Source of the DNA: Utricularia gibba
Taxonomy: Eukaryota > Plantae > Magnoliophyta
Direction: 5' to 3'
Assembly: GCA_002189035.1 (NCBI GenBank)
Contig: NEEC01000002.1
Location: forward strand, 1,550,001 to 1,614,000
DNA length: 64,000 bases
The position numbers were made by a program, and so were the translations under genes. Shown here piece after piece: positions 1 to 12,580 of the stretch (its first letter is position 1; each line of letters begins with the position of its first letter). The notes under the pieces are model-generated. The model saw only the letters and a list, made by a program, of their open reading frames with translations. It was not told the DNA's origin and did not search any database.

Positions 1-2419
1 GTATTATTTATAGTATTATTGTGGTCGAAAATCGGTATTAGGGGCAGGAGTCAATCTTCGAATTATGTGTACAATCAAACACATCGTACCCGATTCAGTT
101 TCACATATTGTGTGGAGTGCGATGCGGTTAAAAGAAGTTGGGAAGAACAGTATTTTTACGTGAAAACCGTCGGAAAATAAAAAAAAACCACAAAATTGTT
201 GAAGCTCATCGAAAAATGATATTTACTAGGCAAAGGTGGAGAAAAAATACAACTTGGAGGCTTGGAATTCAAACTTTTTCTTTTTAGTATTTCTTATATT
301 TATAGAAAAAATCAATCTTACTAAATCCTGAATTCTAGATATATCAGCTCCTTTTTACACCTATTGTCTAAACTGTGACTTTATTATTGGATAATCGTCA
401 CCTGTTCTGTCATTGTCATAATTCAACTACTTTTCAATCTATTCAAAACGAATGTTGCTGTCAAATCTCTGATAGATATCGGTTTGTTGGCTTGCGTGTC
501 AATCTGTCAAGGTATCTTTTGGCTAGTTTTCAGATGTCGGTTACCCTAATCCAATTTCTCCCCCATCAAGTATTCAATACATTATTAATTATTTGTCATA
601 CAGTGAAGTTAATTTTCCGTAGCACCCAAATAAAGTTGAGAAAACAGTGACAAATTTATTAATTCATGATCAAAGTTTCCATTATCAAAATGTGGAACTT
701 ATGAAATTTTATGTAGCAAGTGTAAATTTGGATGGAATCATGAATTAATGACTAAAATTTTCTTTCTTTGGAGATAAATGAATTTAAATTTTTCTAACGA
801 CGATTGTGTTGTATTTATGGATGAGTGTGTAATCATTTCGGTGCATGGTTGCTGTTTCATTTCAAGCTATGTTTTCATACAAGCGGGTAACCGGCCGGTT
901 CAACTGGGTGGACCGCATCCCGGGAAAAAAAACAGGTTGGTTAACTAATAAAAGTATAAAAAATCCCTAAAATACAGATCGGTTAATATTTTTTAAAATT
1001 ATTTAGAAAAATATGTTTTTTTATGATATTAGGTTTAAAAATTTTCAAAATTAATATAAGAGATGATATAATTTGAATCTATTATCATTCCAATTATAAG
1101 TGAACAACATGAGTTCAAATGAGGATCAAATATATGATTAATAATTATGTTTTGATTATGTTATTTTGCTTGATGCTTATATACAATTTAGATAATTTGA
1201 ATTTGATATGGTTTTTATTATTTTACATTATTATAGTTAGTATATATATTGCATTCCATATTCATGAATTTTATTCTTATATTACTATTACACTCGTAAA
1301 TCCGTTCATTGGGCATGGCTGATTTGCATGCAATAAAACTGAACTAGACGAGTCTGATTTAGGATTTGCAAACTCAGTGATCACTTTGCAAGTGCTGAAA
1401 ACGAATAAGACAAGGGTTTTTAATATGGAAACTGCCAGGAAGCAGAAACACCACAAAACTGATGTAATTCGTTGGGAGAGTGGTTTCACCAATGAAGGGG
1501 AGGGGAAAGATACACGTTGGAGAGTAGAGAGTACCCCCTTTCTTCCTCAAGCTTCCCATCATTTATAGAAGAGGCCAACTTATACGAGTTCTGCATTCTA
1601 TCGATGTCGGCTACTTTATGCACCTGTTAGCTGTACCGTGATTCCACTAATAGATAACCATTGACTATTTTAGCATTTTTGTAATTTGACTACTTTTTAA
1701 GACTACGAAACAATTGCCGTTATCAAGTTCTGACACTTATCAATATATTGACCTAAATCAACTTTTCAATATGAATAAAAACCTTTGTGTCAGCCGCTTT
1801 AGTCTAAAATGAGCTGGTTTGGTTATTTCTAAAACTACCGATTTTTAAGCCTCTCACCTTCGTGCTCCACATGATTCTTGCCCGATTTCGGGGTCCACCA
1901 ATTACATTCAAGGTGCGTTTAGTCTAAACCCAAGTTTAGTATATTTGGATTTAGATAGCCCGATTTGATAGGTTTAAAGAGTGTAATCTATGTTTGATTG
2001 ATGAGTTTAGATTATTTGAATTTAAGATGAATACATGTTTGGTACGTGGATTTAAAATTGGATTTGTGATAATTTTCATATGAATTTACCAATATAGCCT
2101 TCCCCAATAATAATTACTTCTCTTTATTACCGTTTGTTTTTCCCTTCATCCACCGACTTTCACATGCGGTTGTCGTGGTGCTGCCGCCCAACGAGATCTC
2201 CACCGATTTCACTAGATATTGAGGGTGAAGAGCCATGGGTTAACTCCAGATTATGTACTCTGTTCGTCACACAGAGTTTCTTGCATGAACTTCATTGAAT
2301 TTTGAGTCAATTTTACTGTTTACTTGTTGTAAGTGCTCGATGTAGGTGCTTTGTTCTTACTGTTTACTTTGCACTAGAACATATTGCATCTATGCATAGT
2401 CCAATCCTGGTAGAAGACA

Positions 2420-3091
2420 CTCACAAAAAAACGAACCGTGCTTGGAAGCTAGAAAAGGAGAAAGACTTGTTGCACGCTTTGAAGCAGATAATGAAATAAG
2501 GCTGGAAAATTAAAAATGGTTCTAGGGGTGGGTATCATCGAGCGTTGGAGATAGAGTTCTTGAAACTCTGTCCTAGAATCAACATCCGCGCTCACCCACA
2601 TATTACTAGCAAGGTGCATACCTGGAAAAAGGACTACTACCTCATTGTAGATTTTTTATCAAGGTCGGGCACCGGTTTCAGTGAGCTAACCTACACAGTA
2701 GATGCAGACGAGGAGGTCTGGAAGGAGATTGATCAAGTGTGTATGCCTTGTACTCACGATGTTATATCCGGTGCTTACTGTGTTATTATGTCAGCAAACA
2801 CATAGGCTGGATGTTCTAAGACACAAAGCGTGGCCATATTACATGGAGTGGTAGGAAATCTTTGGAAAGAATCAGGCTACATGAGATAACATGATGAGCT
2901 ATGTAGCTGCGACCAAGAACAAGAAATTCATGGAAGATGTTGGGGAGAATCTAGAAGCATCTTCGGATTGCCCACAAGACTCGGATAGCATGGGACAGAA
3001 TATGAACTTCTCGTATGCAGTCACACTTTGTAACCCATTTGGTTGTGGTGCGAAGGGAGCAAAGGGTGTGAATGAAGCGGGTGGGTACTGA
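2420..3091 (+). pseudogene. Harbinger ORF1 Myb/SANT-like DNA-binding protein, disrupted
   Basis: Translates to ..NRAWKLEKEKDLLHALKQIMK*GWKIKNGSRGGYHRALEIEFLKLCPRINIRAHPHITSKVHTWKKDYYLIVDFLSRSG.., then after a probable intron LRHKAWPYYMEW*EIFGKNQAT. These follow the Harbinger ORF1 pattern (W..eEe..L..aL..l...GWk.dnGFr.GY; NIrA.PHI.Sk...WKk.Y; WPyy..W.eIFGKdrAt). Contains in-frame stops. Boundaries approximate. Confidence 0.8.
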
Positions 3092-3434
3092 GCAGAATCA
3101 ATTATGATGTGTAGTCCTTAAAAGAAATAAAGGAGTTGAATGCACACACATGCAAAGAACTACGTCACTTGGAATTAACAGTGGTGCAGCAAGCACGGGA
3201 GTTGGTGGACAATCAGCGTCAGGCAAGGGAGATCATTAGACGTATATTGCTGCAATTAATTGCCATCCAAAGTTTTACCATAGTAGAGACGATTAGTTTC
3301 AATCTTGTGAGGTTGTGCTACTTCCTTGCCTCCAGTGACTGTGAAAGAGAGTTGATTGTGTGGTTTAGCATCCAAACGCATATCTTAAATCTGTTGTGTG
3401 GTGTTTGACCTTATGTTGGACTCATGAGCTAGAT

Positions 3435-3476
3435 GTATTTCATCTTCTAATCATCGTATTTCATCTTCTAATCATC
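3435..3476. repeat. Perfect 21-bp tandem duplication
   Basis: GTATTTCATCTTCTAATCATC at 3435-3455 and 3456-3476. Confidence 0.95.
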
Positions 3477-3579
3477 CTTTAAGTAAATATACGGTATTTC
3501 ACATTAAAATGTAAGCGAAGGATGACTTAATGTAACTGGTATGAGCATTGTTAAGGGTAAACAGTGTTCCAACGTCATA

Positions 3580-3800
3580 TGCGGAAGCACCGCATACGGA
3601 CAAGCATGGTGTTATGTTGTGAAGCACCATTCCGTAAACACAGTGCTGCAAACACCGTCACATTTAGTGCAGTGCTATCGAGAAGTGATGGGTTAGCACC
3701 GTGTTGGTATTGCTTATTACGAAGCACCATGTTTGGACACAAGGTTTAGTGGTCAGTGATGGCACCGGATTTTACAACATGTGCTACCGCGAACGGTGCT
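3580..3800. repeat. Cluster of short AGCACC(G/A)-like motifs in both orientations
   Basis: AGCACC at 3586, 3623, 3695 and 3723; reverse copies (A/G)GTGCT at about 3642, 3671 and 3795; variants AACACCG (3651) and GGCACCG (3761). Confidence 0.65.
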
Positions 3801-3865
3801 TGACCACATACTAAGAAAGTTAAAATACCATAGTTCATGCAATATTTATACAAATTAAAGGTACA

Positions 3866-4720
3866 TCATCGATTACACAATAACCTTGTAATACTTCCAC
3901 AATGGGTGTTCCTCGTCTATTGGACATTGACCTACTCTTTGGTGATCAACGTGCGTGGGTACATCCATTACGTCAATGAGCGCTTTTAGGAATGACCTAA
4001 TATCCCCCTCGAACTAAAGAACAATCGTTGACCGCGGTGTACTTAAAGATGGTTGGGAATATGGCATTTTAGGGCTGTCCAATGAAAGTAAACAATCATT
4101 AGGTGTAAGATGGTGGAGAATGAGGGCAATCAGAAACTCACTGGGTTGTGTAGTAACTTGTACGACGCATCATCGATGAGTAGTGTATTAAGACGATGAT
4201 ATTTGCCCTTGAACTCTGTGTTGGCGTCCCAAACATGAGTCAGAAGCTTTAGCTTAATGGTGTTGTTCCTGTTATCATGCACCGGATAACCAGTGTCCAC
4301 TATCCTGGATCCATTACATTGAAAGACGAGCTTGCTGGCGACTACAAGCCCTAGTAACCATTGGACCACATCATGCAATTGTTCACTGTAACATGTCATA
4401 AAAAAGAAAAGTCAGCATCGTGCGAATATGATTGCCTACTAACTGGTCAATCTTACCATCCTCTGGATGACCAAATGACAACATCAAAGTGTTTTATGCA
4501 AAACTTTATCAATTCACAAGCACCTGATCGAAGATACACTATAACCACAACAAATATTACCGACATATGCTACAAATATTAAATACATATCAAATACCAC
4601 CATTTCACTCATAAATAACGACATTCGACTTCGACGCTCCCCACCTGACATCGCGAGGATACACAATATCCGCAAGTACACCATTCACATCAAATATTAA
4701 CAACTTTCGTGTGTCGAGAT
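3866..4720 (-). pseudogene. FCP1-homology (NIF/HAD-like phosphatase) gene with introns, inside the Harbinger element
   Basis: Minus-strand exons: RKLLIFDVNGVLADIVYP (4720-4625); VYLRSGACELIKFCIKHFDVVIWSSR (about 4540-4457, AG/GT flanked); ..KLVFQCNGSRIVDTGY..KLLTHVWD..GKYHRLNTLLIDDASYKLLHNP (ORF 4130-4399, ends at a GT donor); P*NAIFP..GDIRSFLKAL..VGQCPIDEEHP. These follow the plant family pattern KLLVLDxNGLLADI / VFKRP..FL.FCF..F.VGVWSSR / NTLLLDDSPYKAL.NP / AIFP..GDLR.YLE.L. One nonsense codon and one frameshift in the last exon. The gene may extend upstream to about 4980. Confidence 0.8.
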
Positions 4721-5556
4721 TCTCTGTGCATAGTCTTTCCAGCTCGATGTACTTTGCAGTGATAGCACCGCACCCATCATTGTGTGTCGAGATCGGTGTT
4801 GGTCCATCACTTTTGCCCCCGCCTTATGGCTGCACATCTTCATCCTCTTCATGGGTCACCTCCACAGGATCTTCATTTGTACTCTGACGTTGTTTATGGT
4901 GTCAAGAGGTTCCACACCATAGATATTGTGTCCTAGGGACATTGACAAATGGTGGCAAGACGAACTCTAATAACTTTGTTCTGCAAGAGAAAAAATTCAC
5001 AAATCTCTTTATTGTAGATTTTGGCAATACCTCGATGCCTATAATGGCAATAAGAAAAAGCATGACTATTGTTGCAAACGAATTTAGAATATTTAAAGTA
5101 TTTGCACATGATTATCTGATGGATGTTCAATATTCTTTGACATCCTTAACATTGTTGGCCATTTTGGAGCGTTGGATGGATATATTCATACAAAACTAAT
5201 TCACTAATCATCATATGTACTTCTTATATCTGTAACTAGAACCACGCTACAACCCACCTAAAACCAGCAACCAAACGCGCCCTCATATATTAATTTTTAT
5301 TAAAAATAATTTATACTTTGTATAATAATATTTAAATATATATATATTTTTTAAGATACTGGTGAAAGGATTTCCCCGAACCATTCCAAAAACGGTCCGG
5401 GTTATGTATCCTAGTTGAAAACGTTGATTTGAAGAGGAGAGGCGAGGAGTGGATCCTTTCTTTTCAGTCATCAGTCTTATCTGTTTGTATCTTCTTTATG
5501 ATTTGGATCTGCAGACATCGAAACCCTGGAATTCGTCCTGAGCCCGCCGAGTTCAC

Positions 5557-6662
5557 ATGATCATGGAGGATAATGCAAGTCCCCAACTTTACGACACGGC
5601 GCTGCACACGGCCGTCAAGAGCGATGATATCAATCTTGTAAGGGAATTGATTCGAAATCATGAGGGGTTGACCAAGAAGCTCAACCAGGAATTCCTGAGT
5701 CCCCTCCATGTTGCCGTGACTGAAGGCAAGTCACACATCGCAAGGCAGATGGTGGATCACGACGAAAACCTCATCAGACTCGAAGGAAAAGAGGGATGTA
5801 CTCCTCTTCACTACTCTGCTCTTAGGGGCAAAGAGGGATTCCTGGAGCTTTTTCTGGAAGCATGCCCGGACTCCATTTACGACCTCAACGACAAGCATGA
5901 AACCGTCATTCACACGGCTATAGGGGATCCAAATCCGCATGCTTTTCAGACTCTTCTGCGTTGGGTCAGAACACGGAGAAAAGATGGAATCCTTGAAACC
6001 GAAAATATTCAAGGAAGGACCGCTTGGGATTTAATTGCCGAGAATGAGATTTTCAAAAGTATATGGCAAGAAGAGCTAGGATTTGTTGGTAATGACAATG
6101 CAATGCATTTAACTGCCGCGGTGGGAGTCATTTTTCGAATGTGTTGGCAGCGGCTGGGAGAGGTCAGCTGACAGACAAAATTCGCGATAGTTGCTTGGCG
6201 GTCGCCAGTGCCCTGAGCATGGCCACGTTCCAGGCATTATTCCAATCATCCGGTGGCGTCCCCGGCTCTAAGATCGATTCTCGATCTCATCATCCACAGA
6301 GAAATTCTTGGAAAATAATCTTCCTGTCCACAAATGCGCTTGTTTTCTTCATATCACTAACTGCATGCCTGGTGTTTACTTCCAGTCCGGATACGAAAAC
6401 AAACCTCATCGACGTAGTTTGCTTTTACTCGTTTGGCATAGCCTACCTGCTTGCCCAGCATTGCATCGCAAACGTCGGGATCAGGATAACTGTTCTCCTG
6501 ATGCTCATCTTTGTGTTGATCACTTTACCATTATGGGTCCCCTTCCGTTGCCGCTGCCGCCGCCGCTTCTGCCGAATTGAAATACCCACTGTCTGCAGAG
6601 AATTCTTCGAGAGACTCGATCGGCGGTACCGTGTGATGAATGCTGTATCTACTGTTCCTTAA
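5557..6662 (+). CDS. Ankyrin repeat + PGG/TM protein (ACD6/BDA1-like), split by a frameshift or a 92-nt intron
   Basis: Ankyrin motifs TALHTAV, SPLHVAV, TPLHYSA, TVIHTAI (ORF 5557-6171). PGG-like domain RDSCLAVASALSMATFQALFQSSGG plus hydrophobic helices (ORF 6141-6662). The frames join either by one extra G in GGG 6156-6158 or by an intron at 6059-6150. Confidence 0.85.
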
Positions 6663-9600
6663 TTTGAATATTCCCAGGTGAATCTATTTCCTGACGTGAT
6701 GTAAAACAAGTAACTGCTTGTCGGTACCAGGAAAATTTCACCAAGACGCATAAATTCGCGTTCATTTCAATTGAAATATTCAGCCACTAGCATTTCAGTC
6801 CTTTTTTTTTTTTTTTTCTTTTGATAACATGATGAGTTAACATACACGAAAAGAAGGAGCGACATTTGTTTTCTTCGTCGACCCAGGAGTTGTGTAATTT
6901 TTTCGCCCGCTGATGGTTCCCAGAAATGTGAACCCGAAACAACGAAATGGATCCATTACCATCGAGCTATGGCTCCACCATGTTCAATAAATAAATAAAC
7001 AAATGCAAATGGAACGAGAAGAAGGGTTCGAGTTCAAGGGCCAAGGCCCCATCAGTTAAGTTTTGAGGGGAGAAGGTAGCTCCGGGTTGCCCTCAGCCAG
7101 GCCCCACATGCGACATCTGAATGTTGTGTGTTCTGGATCTCCGCAAGTCCATGACTCAAGTCAACCCACCTCCACTATTCAGAAATACAGATATTACTTG
7201 AAATGATAAATTGTTCCCCTTCATGACATCTAAGAATCATATATCATAAATTTTATCACTATTACGCACATCATCATCATACGTTGTATGAGTGAAATTC
7301 TTTCCAATTTAGATATAAACGTTTGAAATAGATCAATACGATAGTTTTTTCATGGTTTTTCTTTTATCTGATGGCATAAGCACTTCATCATTTAATACAT
7401 GAAAAACGCAAGTGAGATGAATCGAAGAGCTGAAGATTGGAAGAGATAGTTTGGTTTTAGGAGAATTTACTGAACTGAATTTTGATGGATATAAGAATAA
7501 TTCCAAATCAATTCTAATATGTTAAAGCAATGATAAATGAAAAGTATACGTCATTGTATAGTGAGAAAATTTTCGAATTAGATAAAATTTTTAAACCTAA
7601 TTATTAAATAAATATAAATAAAAAAACAATAGTATAACGAAATTAGAATCAAACACAATAATTATTAAATAAATTATAATATATTCCATTTTGCCACAAT
7701 AAAATATTAAATATAAGTTAGAATTAATATAACATTAACAACAAGATACAATATACTTAAGAATAAAAAAAATCAAATTATGATCCATAAGAAATAAGTA
7801 TAACGCCTTAAGGTTTTTAGGATGGTATATTCATCACTACTATAATACTTACCTAATTTAAAACCCAATTATCCAATAAAAGTCTCAAGTTATTTAAGTG
7901 TTTTCTTTATTTTAATTTTTAATTTACCTCTAATTAATTTTATCAATATAAATATACCGTTTTTTCCCATTTGAACGTATCCATATTTGATAAGAAAAAG
8001 GTAAAATAATCAATTATTGTGGACTCGAAATCGATGAGTAAACCCCAACTTTTTTTCTATCATAAGATGTCATGTTTTGTTTAGGTATTTATGTGGAACG
8101 TAAACAAAATAAACACATAAAATAATATCAAAGACATATACATATTAGCAATTTACCAAAAAGAAAATGAACCGTAACATAGAATGAAACAAGTTCCAAA
8201 TAAAAAATCAAACAATGTGTTTTAAATGAAATAGAACATGGAATTCCTCAATCAAAACTCCTAGAAAAGTACTAATATCACCCCATGACATGATGAGCAA
8301 TTGATAAACAAAAATTTGTAAGTATTGTTAAAAAAAATGCAAATTCTTCTATTAAATAAAGTTTATAAATCTAATACATATTCAATCATAAAACAAGTAA
8401 AAATATAGTAAATTAGAATCTAACACAATGAGTTTAATGTTTAATATATGAGAGTCAATATATCAAGTTTTTGTCACAATTAATATTGTAAGCTAAAATT
8501 AATTTAGTTTGACGATAAAAATATAGTAAAGTAAAGCAATAACATAATGTTAAAATTGACAATTACATAACAATCCTAAATCACATCACCATTGTATATC
8601 TTAATACATCATAAAGTCTAGTTACTTATATTTAAAAGAAATTATCATTAAGATAAATTAAAGAAATTATCAAAGACATTGTGAAATAAACAATCAAAAA
8701 AACTAAATATTCAGCAAGCTAAATGAGTAAAATGTTTTGTTTTCTATTTGCTGTTGTTCACAGTCGAGAATAGTAATACTAAACTTGATTTTTGAAATTG
8801 TTCTTTAAGTTGGGGAGTTTTATTCTTGAGAAATAATCTTGCTCTTCTTTGTTGTTCCTCTCTTGGAATGAGTACCATTCTTTTCTTTCTCTATTTCTTC
8901 AAAAATATTTTTACTTTTTTTTTCATTTTTCAAAATCAGTATATTATTTCCTAGATTCTTACTATTTCCAACACTATAAGTAATTGAATATCAATCATAT
9001 CTCCTTTTTAAATCTTGTGTACATCGAATTGTATTTATAAAATAACTAAATTTGATCTATAATGATACTACTAACACTTGAATAATATTAGAAATTATAA
9101 TACAAACTAAATTATTAATTCAGCATATATTATGTATAAAAATATAAATAATACTACAATTAATAAAATATTAAAATTCATAATTAAAATAATTAATTTT
9201 GTCATTAAATATACTAATTTTATGACTTAAAAATACTTGTAAAATATATGTTATCATAGTCATCAATTGATGACTATGATTTCCTTGTAAGTGGTAGCCA
9301 ATATGAAGATCTCATCTTGTCCAATGAAAATAGAACATCACATATGTCGCAAACGCATGTCATAAGATTAAGATAAAATACTGATTGAGTTATTGAATGA
9401 CGTGTATACTATATTCTTGATGAGTATTTAATTGACAATTTTATCCTTGAAGTTTGAGTTGACTCCTCACATGACTTGTCATTTTAAAACAATATTAATA
9501 ATACTGTTTTATACGGGTAGATGAATGTCATATGTATTGAATCAATCTTATTGAAAGACAAGTGTGCTAGGAGTTGATGGTCTTGATAACCATTGCGTAA

Positions 9601-12580
9601 TGTTGTGCAATTCTTCCCTAGATCGTAATATCTAAAAAAAAAAAGAAGGCTTGTATAGTTTTATCGATCTCCTGAAGATTAGATTGCGATGTTTAGTGCT
9701 ATATGCATCACCCCGTCAATTTTCTTGCCCTACAGTACATTAAGAAAACGTTTTGACAAACCCAATGCCAACTTTTCTATTATATATAAATATAAAACAT
9801 TTCAAATCATTCATTTAAAGCCAACAATGGCAGCCCAACGTACACCGGCCTCATTAAATTGCCTGCTTGGGAAGTAGATGGGGTCTTTTAGAAAATAGCC
9901 GCAGTCTCAAGTTTTTTTTAAAATAAAAATATAATTATATACTGTATTATTTTATGAAATAAATAAACATTTTTTTACTATTTAAAGACAGATAAATGAT
10001 TTGAATTAAAAACACGATAAAATTAAAATAATTTCATATTAATCACTATCTTCTAAAAAAATTTCAAATGAAAAAATTTGAAAATTAGTCAATTTTTAAA
10101 AATAACACTATATTTTATTTTCTAATAAAAATTTGTGATCCAAGATTCCAACCCAGCAACTTTGTCTGAATTCAAATGAATTGAAAAGTATATGTTTTAA
10201 ACATTTTAAAAATTGATGACTACATCTACATATACATCATCATCGATCTCGGACTTGGTCACAGATACGTGTGGACAAGGTTGTGTGGACACGGATTACT
10301 ACATCTACATATTTCAATTAGTGATAACATATACATCTAGTACACGCAAATGCTTAAAATCTATATATAAAGAAAACTTCTATTTTATTATATTGTGATC
10401 ATTTATTTCAATATATATAAATTAAATATTTTATCAATCATGGCGTGTATGATGTGATAAACTCAACCCTACGCATTTATGAAATACTGACGTGTACGAT
10501 AATGAAGAACTGCATGAAAATAACGTGTACGCGACAAAATTGGCCCAGTCAAGGTCGCATTATTTAATAGTAGTTGGCGGGAACTCCAGACTGTATTCGC
10601 ATTTAACTCCACATTAGCCACCGAAGATATGTCGAGTACCTGTTTGTCGTTTATTGTACTTTTTTATTTTAAAAAGAAAATTATATTTATAGATCCTATC
10701 ATTTTTATTTTATCTTTTACATATTAAAAAAATCAATACTGAATATTGTGGTGGCTAAAAATTAGCAACTGATAATAATCAATGATGAGGATCATCGATT
10801 TATAAGATTAGTATTTTATTAACACGAAAAGTGATAAAACTGAGATGAGATTTTTAGGTGGAAATCATTTTGACAAAAAACCACTAGATAAATAGATTTC
10901 ACAATGAGAAAATAAAAGGTTTACAAAAGATATAATGGATGCAAAATGTTCTTCTTCATATTTGCTATAGAAATTCTTAACCCATTGATTTTGAATGGAC
11001 CAACTATTTTTTATGTCTAAAATAATATGTTTAATCTTATTTATGATTTTATTCATAAATAAATATTGCCTATTTTGAATTTTCATAATTTAGCTGCTTT
11101 TTAGACTTTCTTACAATGATAAAGGTCTGACATTATTCTTTTTCTATTTCTTCTCGAATGTAACACATTAAGGGGTAAGTTTTGGATTGATTCATCGTCC
11201 ATATATTGATCTATTGTCTCTACTCAATTTACTCATGTGCCTCATCATCGATTTATTACTATTGGTAGCTTCTTTCAATCTGCTTAGATTGTCGATTTAT
11301 ACTCGATACAAATTCTTTCAATTTTCCACCATAATTCTATGAATTGGATATCTATGTTGTTTTTTTCTTTTTCATAACAATTATGATAAGTAATTTAGAA
11401 TTGTAAAAAAATAACATATCAATGATTTTTGAATAAAAATATAAAAGACATGCGAATACGAAAACAATGTTTTTAAAAATTATGATTAAAAATTATTTTT
11501 GGAAAAAAAGTAATTCATTATTTTTCCATATTATTTCTACTTTTTAATTAAGCTTTCCAAAATTGTTTTTAGTAGGATTTTTGTGTTCCTCACCGTTGTG
11601 CTTTTTTTCTCCTCTCTTTTCTTTTTCCGCTACTGGTGATTAACAAAGAATACATTGGCCAAAGTAGGTTTGAGTTTCTGATTTCAATATCAGCTTCGTT
11701 ATTTTTTCGATAATATTGACTCCATGATTTGGAGGTTAAATACATTTACACAATGCCTTTTATAGTTTTCCCCTCAATCTTGCTCACATTCAACCTCATA
11801 GCTACAACACTACGAGATTGTCGTGATGTATTTTTTACAGTGTTGTTTTTCTGGAATTTGAAAAATTTTGAACTTTGTTACCCTTTCTTTTATACGATGG
11901 TTTTACTTTTCTTCTAATTTAATATGCTATGTACTCCAGAAGTTTGGTGGAAAAGATTGAAATATATTCTTGAAATTTTCCAAAATGGTGGTTAATTATT
12001 TATAAATGAAATATTAAAAAAGTGGCATAGGTAGCTTTATTAGTAAATTATAGCAGTGGGTATTTTTGAAATTGAAACCTTTTTTTTCCAAGGACATTTT
12101 TGTTAATTAAAAGTATTTGGCCGCAGCCGACATCAGTGCCGGTGACGACGGGGAGTTGGTCCGTGGCGGTTATCTGAGTCTTACCAAATGCCAACTAATT
12201 ATTTGGTGAGGTCCAGAAGGTCGTGGGTGGGGCCCATTCTGGGTCCAATACATTTAAATAAAGAAAACTTTGAAAACTGTAGCATATTTTATTAAACTTG
12301 TAGTATAAAATAACAATGGAATTCGCCCACAAATCATGGCCTAAAATGAGAACTAAATTTTTTTGTTAACATGTTGTCTTCTGTTTCGTTTGTGGGTACA
12401 AATTAGTTATATATTTAATTAAATTAGCATTGAACACAAATAGTTACTTTAATAACAAAATAACGTTCATTTACCAAGAATTACAAAATAGAGTTATTTT
12501 ACAAACATTTATTTTATAGAGTTGCAAGGCATCCTCATTTTCACAGGAGTATGAGCAGAGTTATCTGGTTCAGAGATTCC

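Larger units (their letters stand above)
1911..5282. mobile_element. Non-autonomous, degenerate PIF/Harbinger DNA transposon
   Basis: Left end AGGTGCGTTTAGT (1911-1923) and right end ACCAAACGCGCCC (5270-5282; reverse complement GGGCGCGTTTGGT) match at 10/13 and resemble plant Harbinger TIRs. The same 3-bp flank TCA lies on both sides (1908-1910, 5283-5285), consistent with a TSD. The interior encodes a Harbinger-type Myb/SANT protein. Confidence 0.72.

Noticed and set aside
1300-1600. TATA-like CTATAAAT and leader/intron-like sequence on the - strand; short ORFs on both strands
   Set aside because: No recognisable protein or RNA follows; it cannot be assigned.
5160-5200. FGALDGYIH on the + strand, resembling the Harbinger transposase GALDGTH motif
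   Set aside because: Isolated 9-residue match with no flanking transposase motifs; the region reads better as the upstream part of the - strand cargo gene.
7200-12100. Long AT-rich stretch with faint hAT-like translated words
   Set aside because: No ordered motifs or termini I can support; the ORFs are low-complexity noise.
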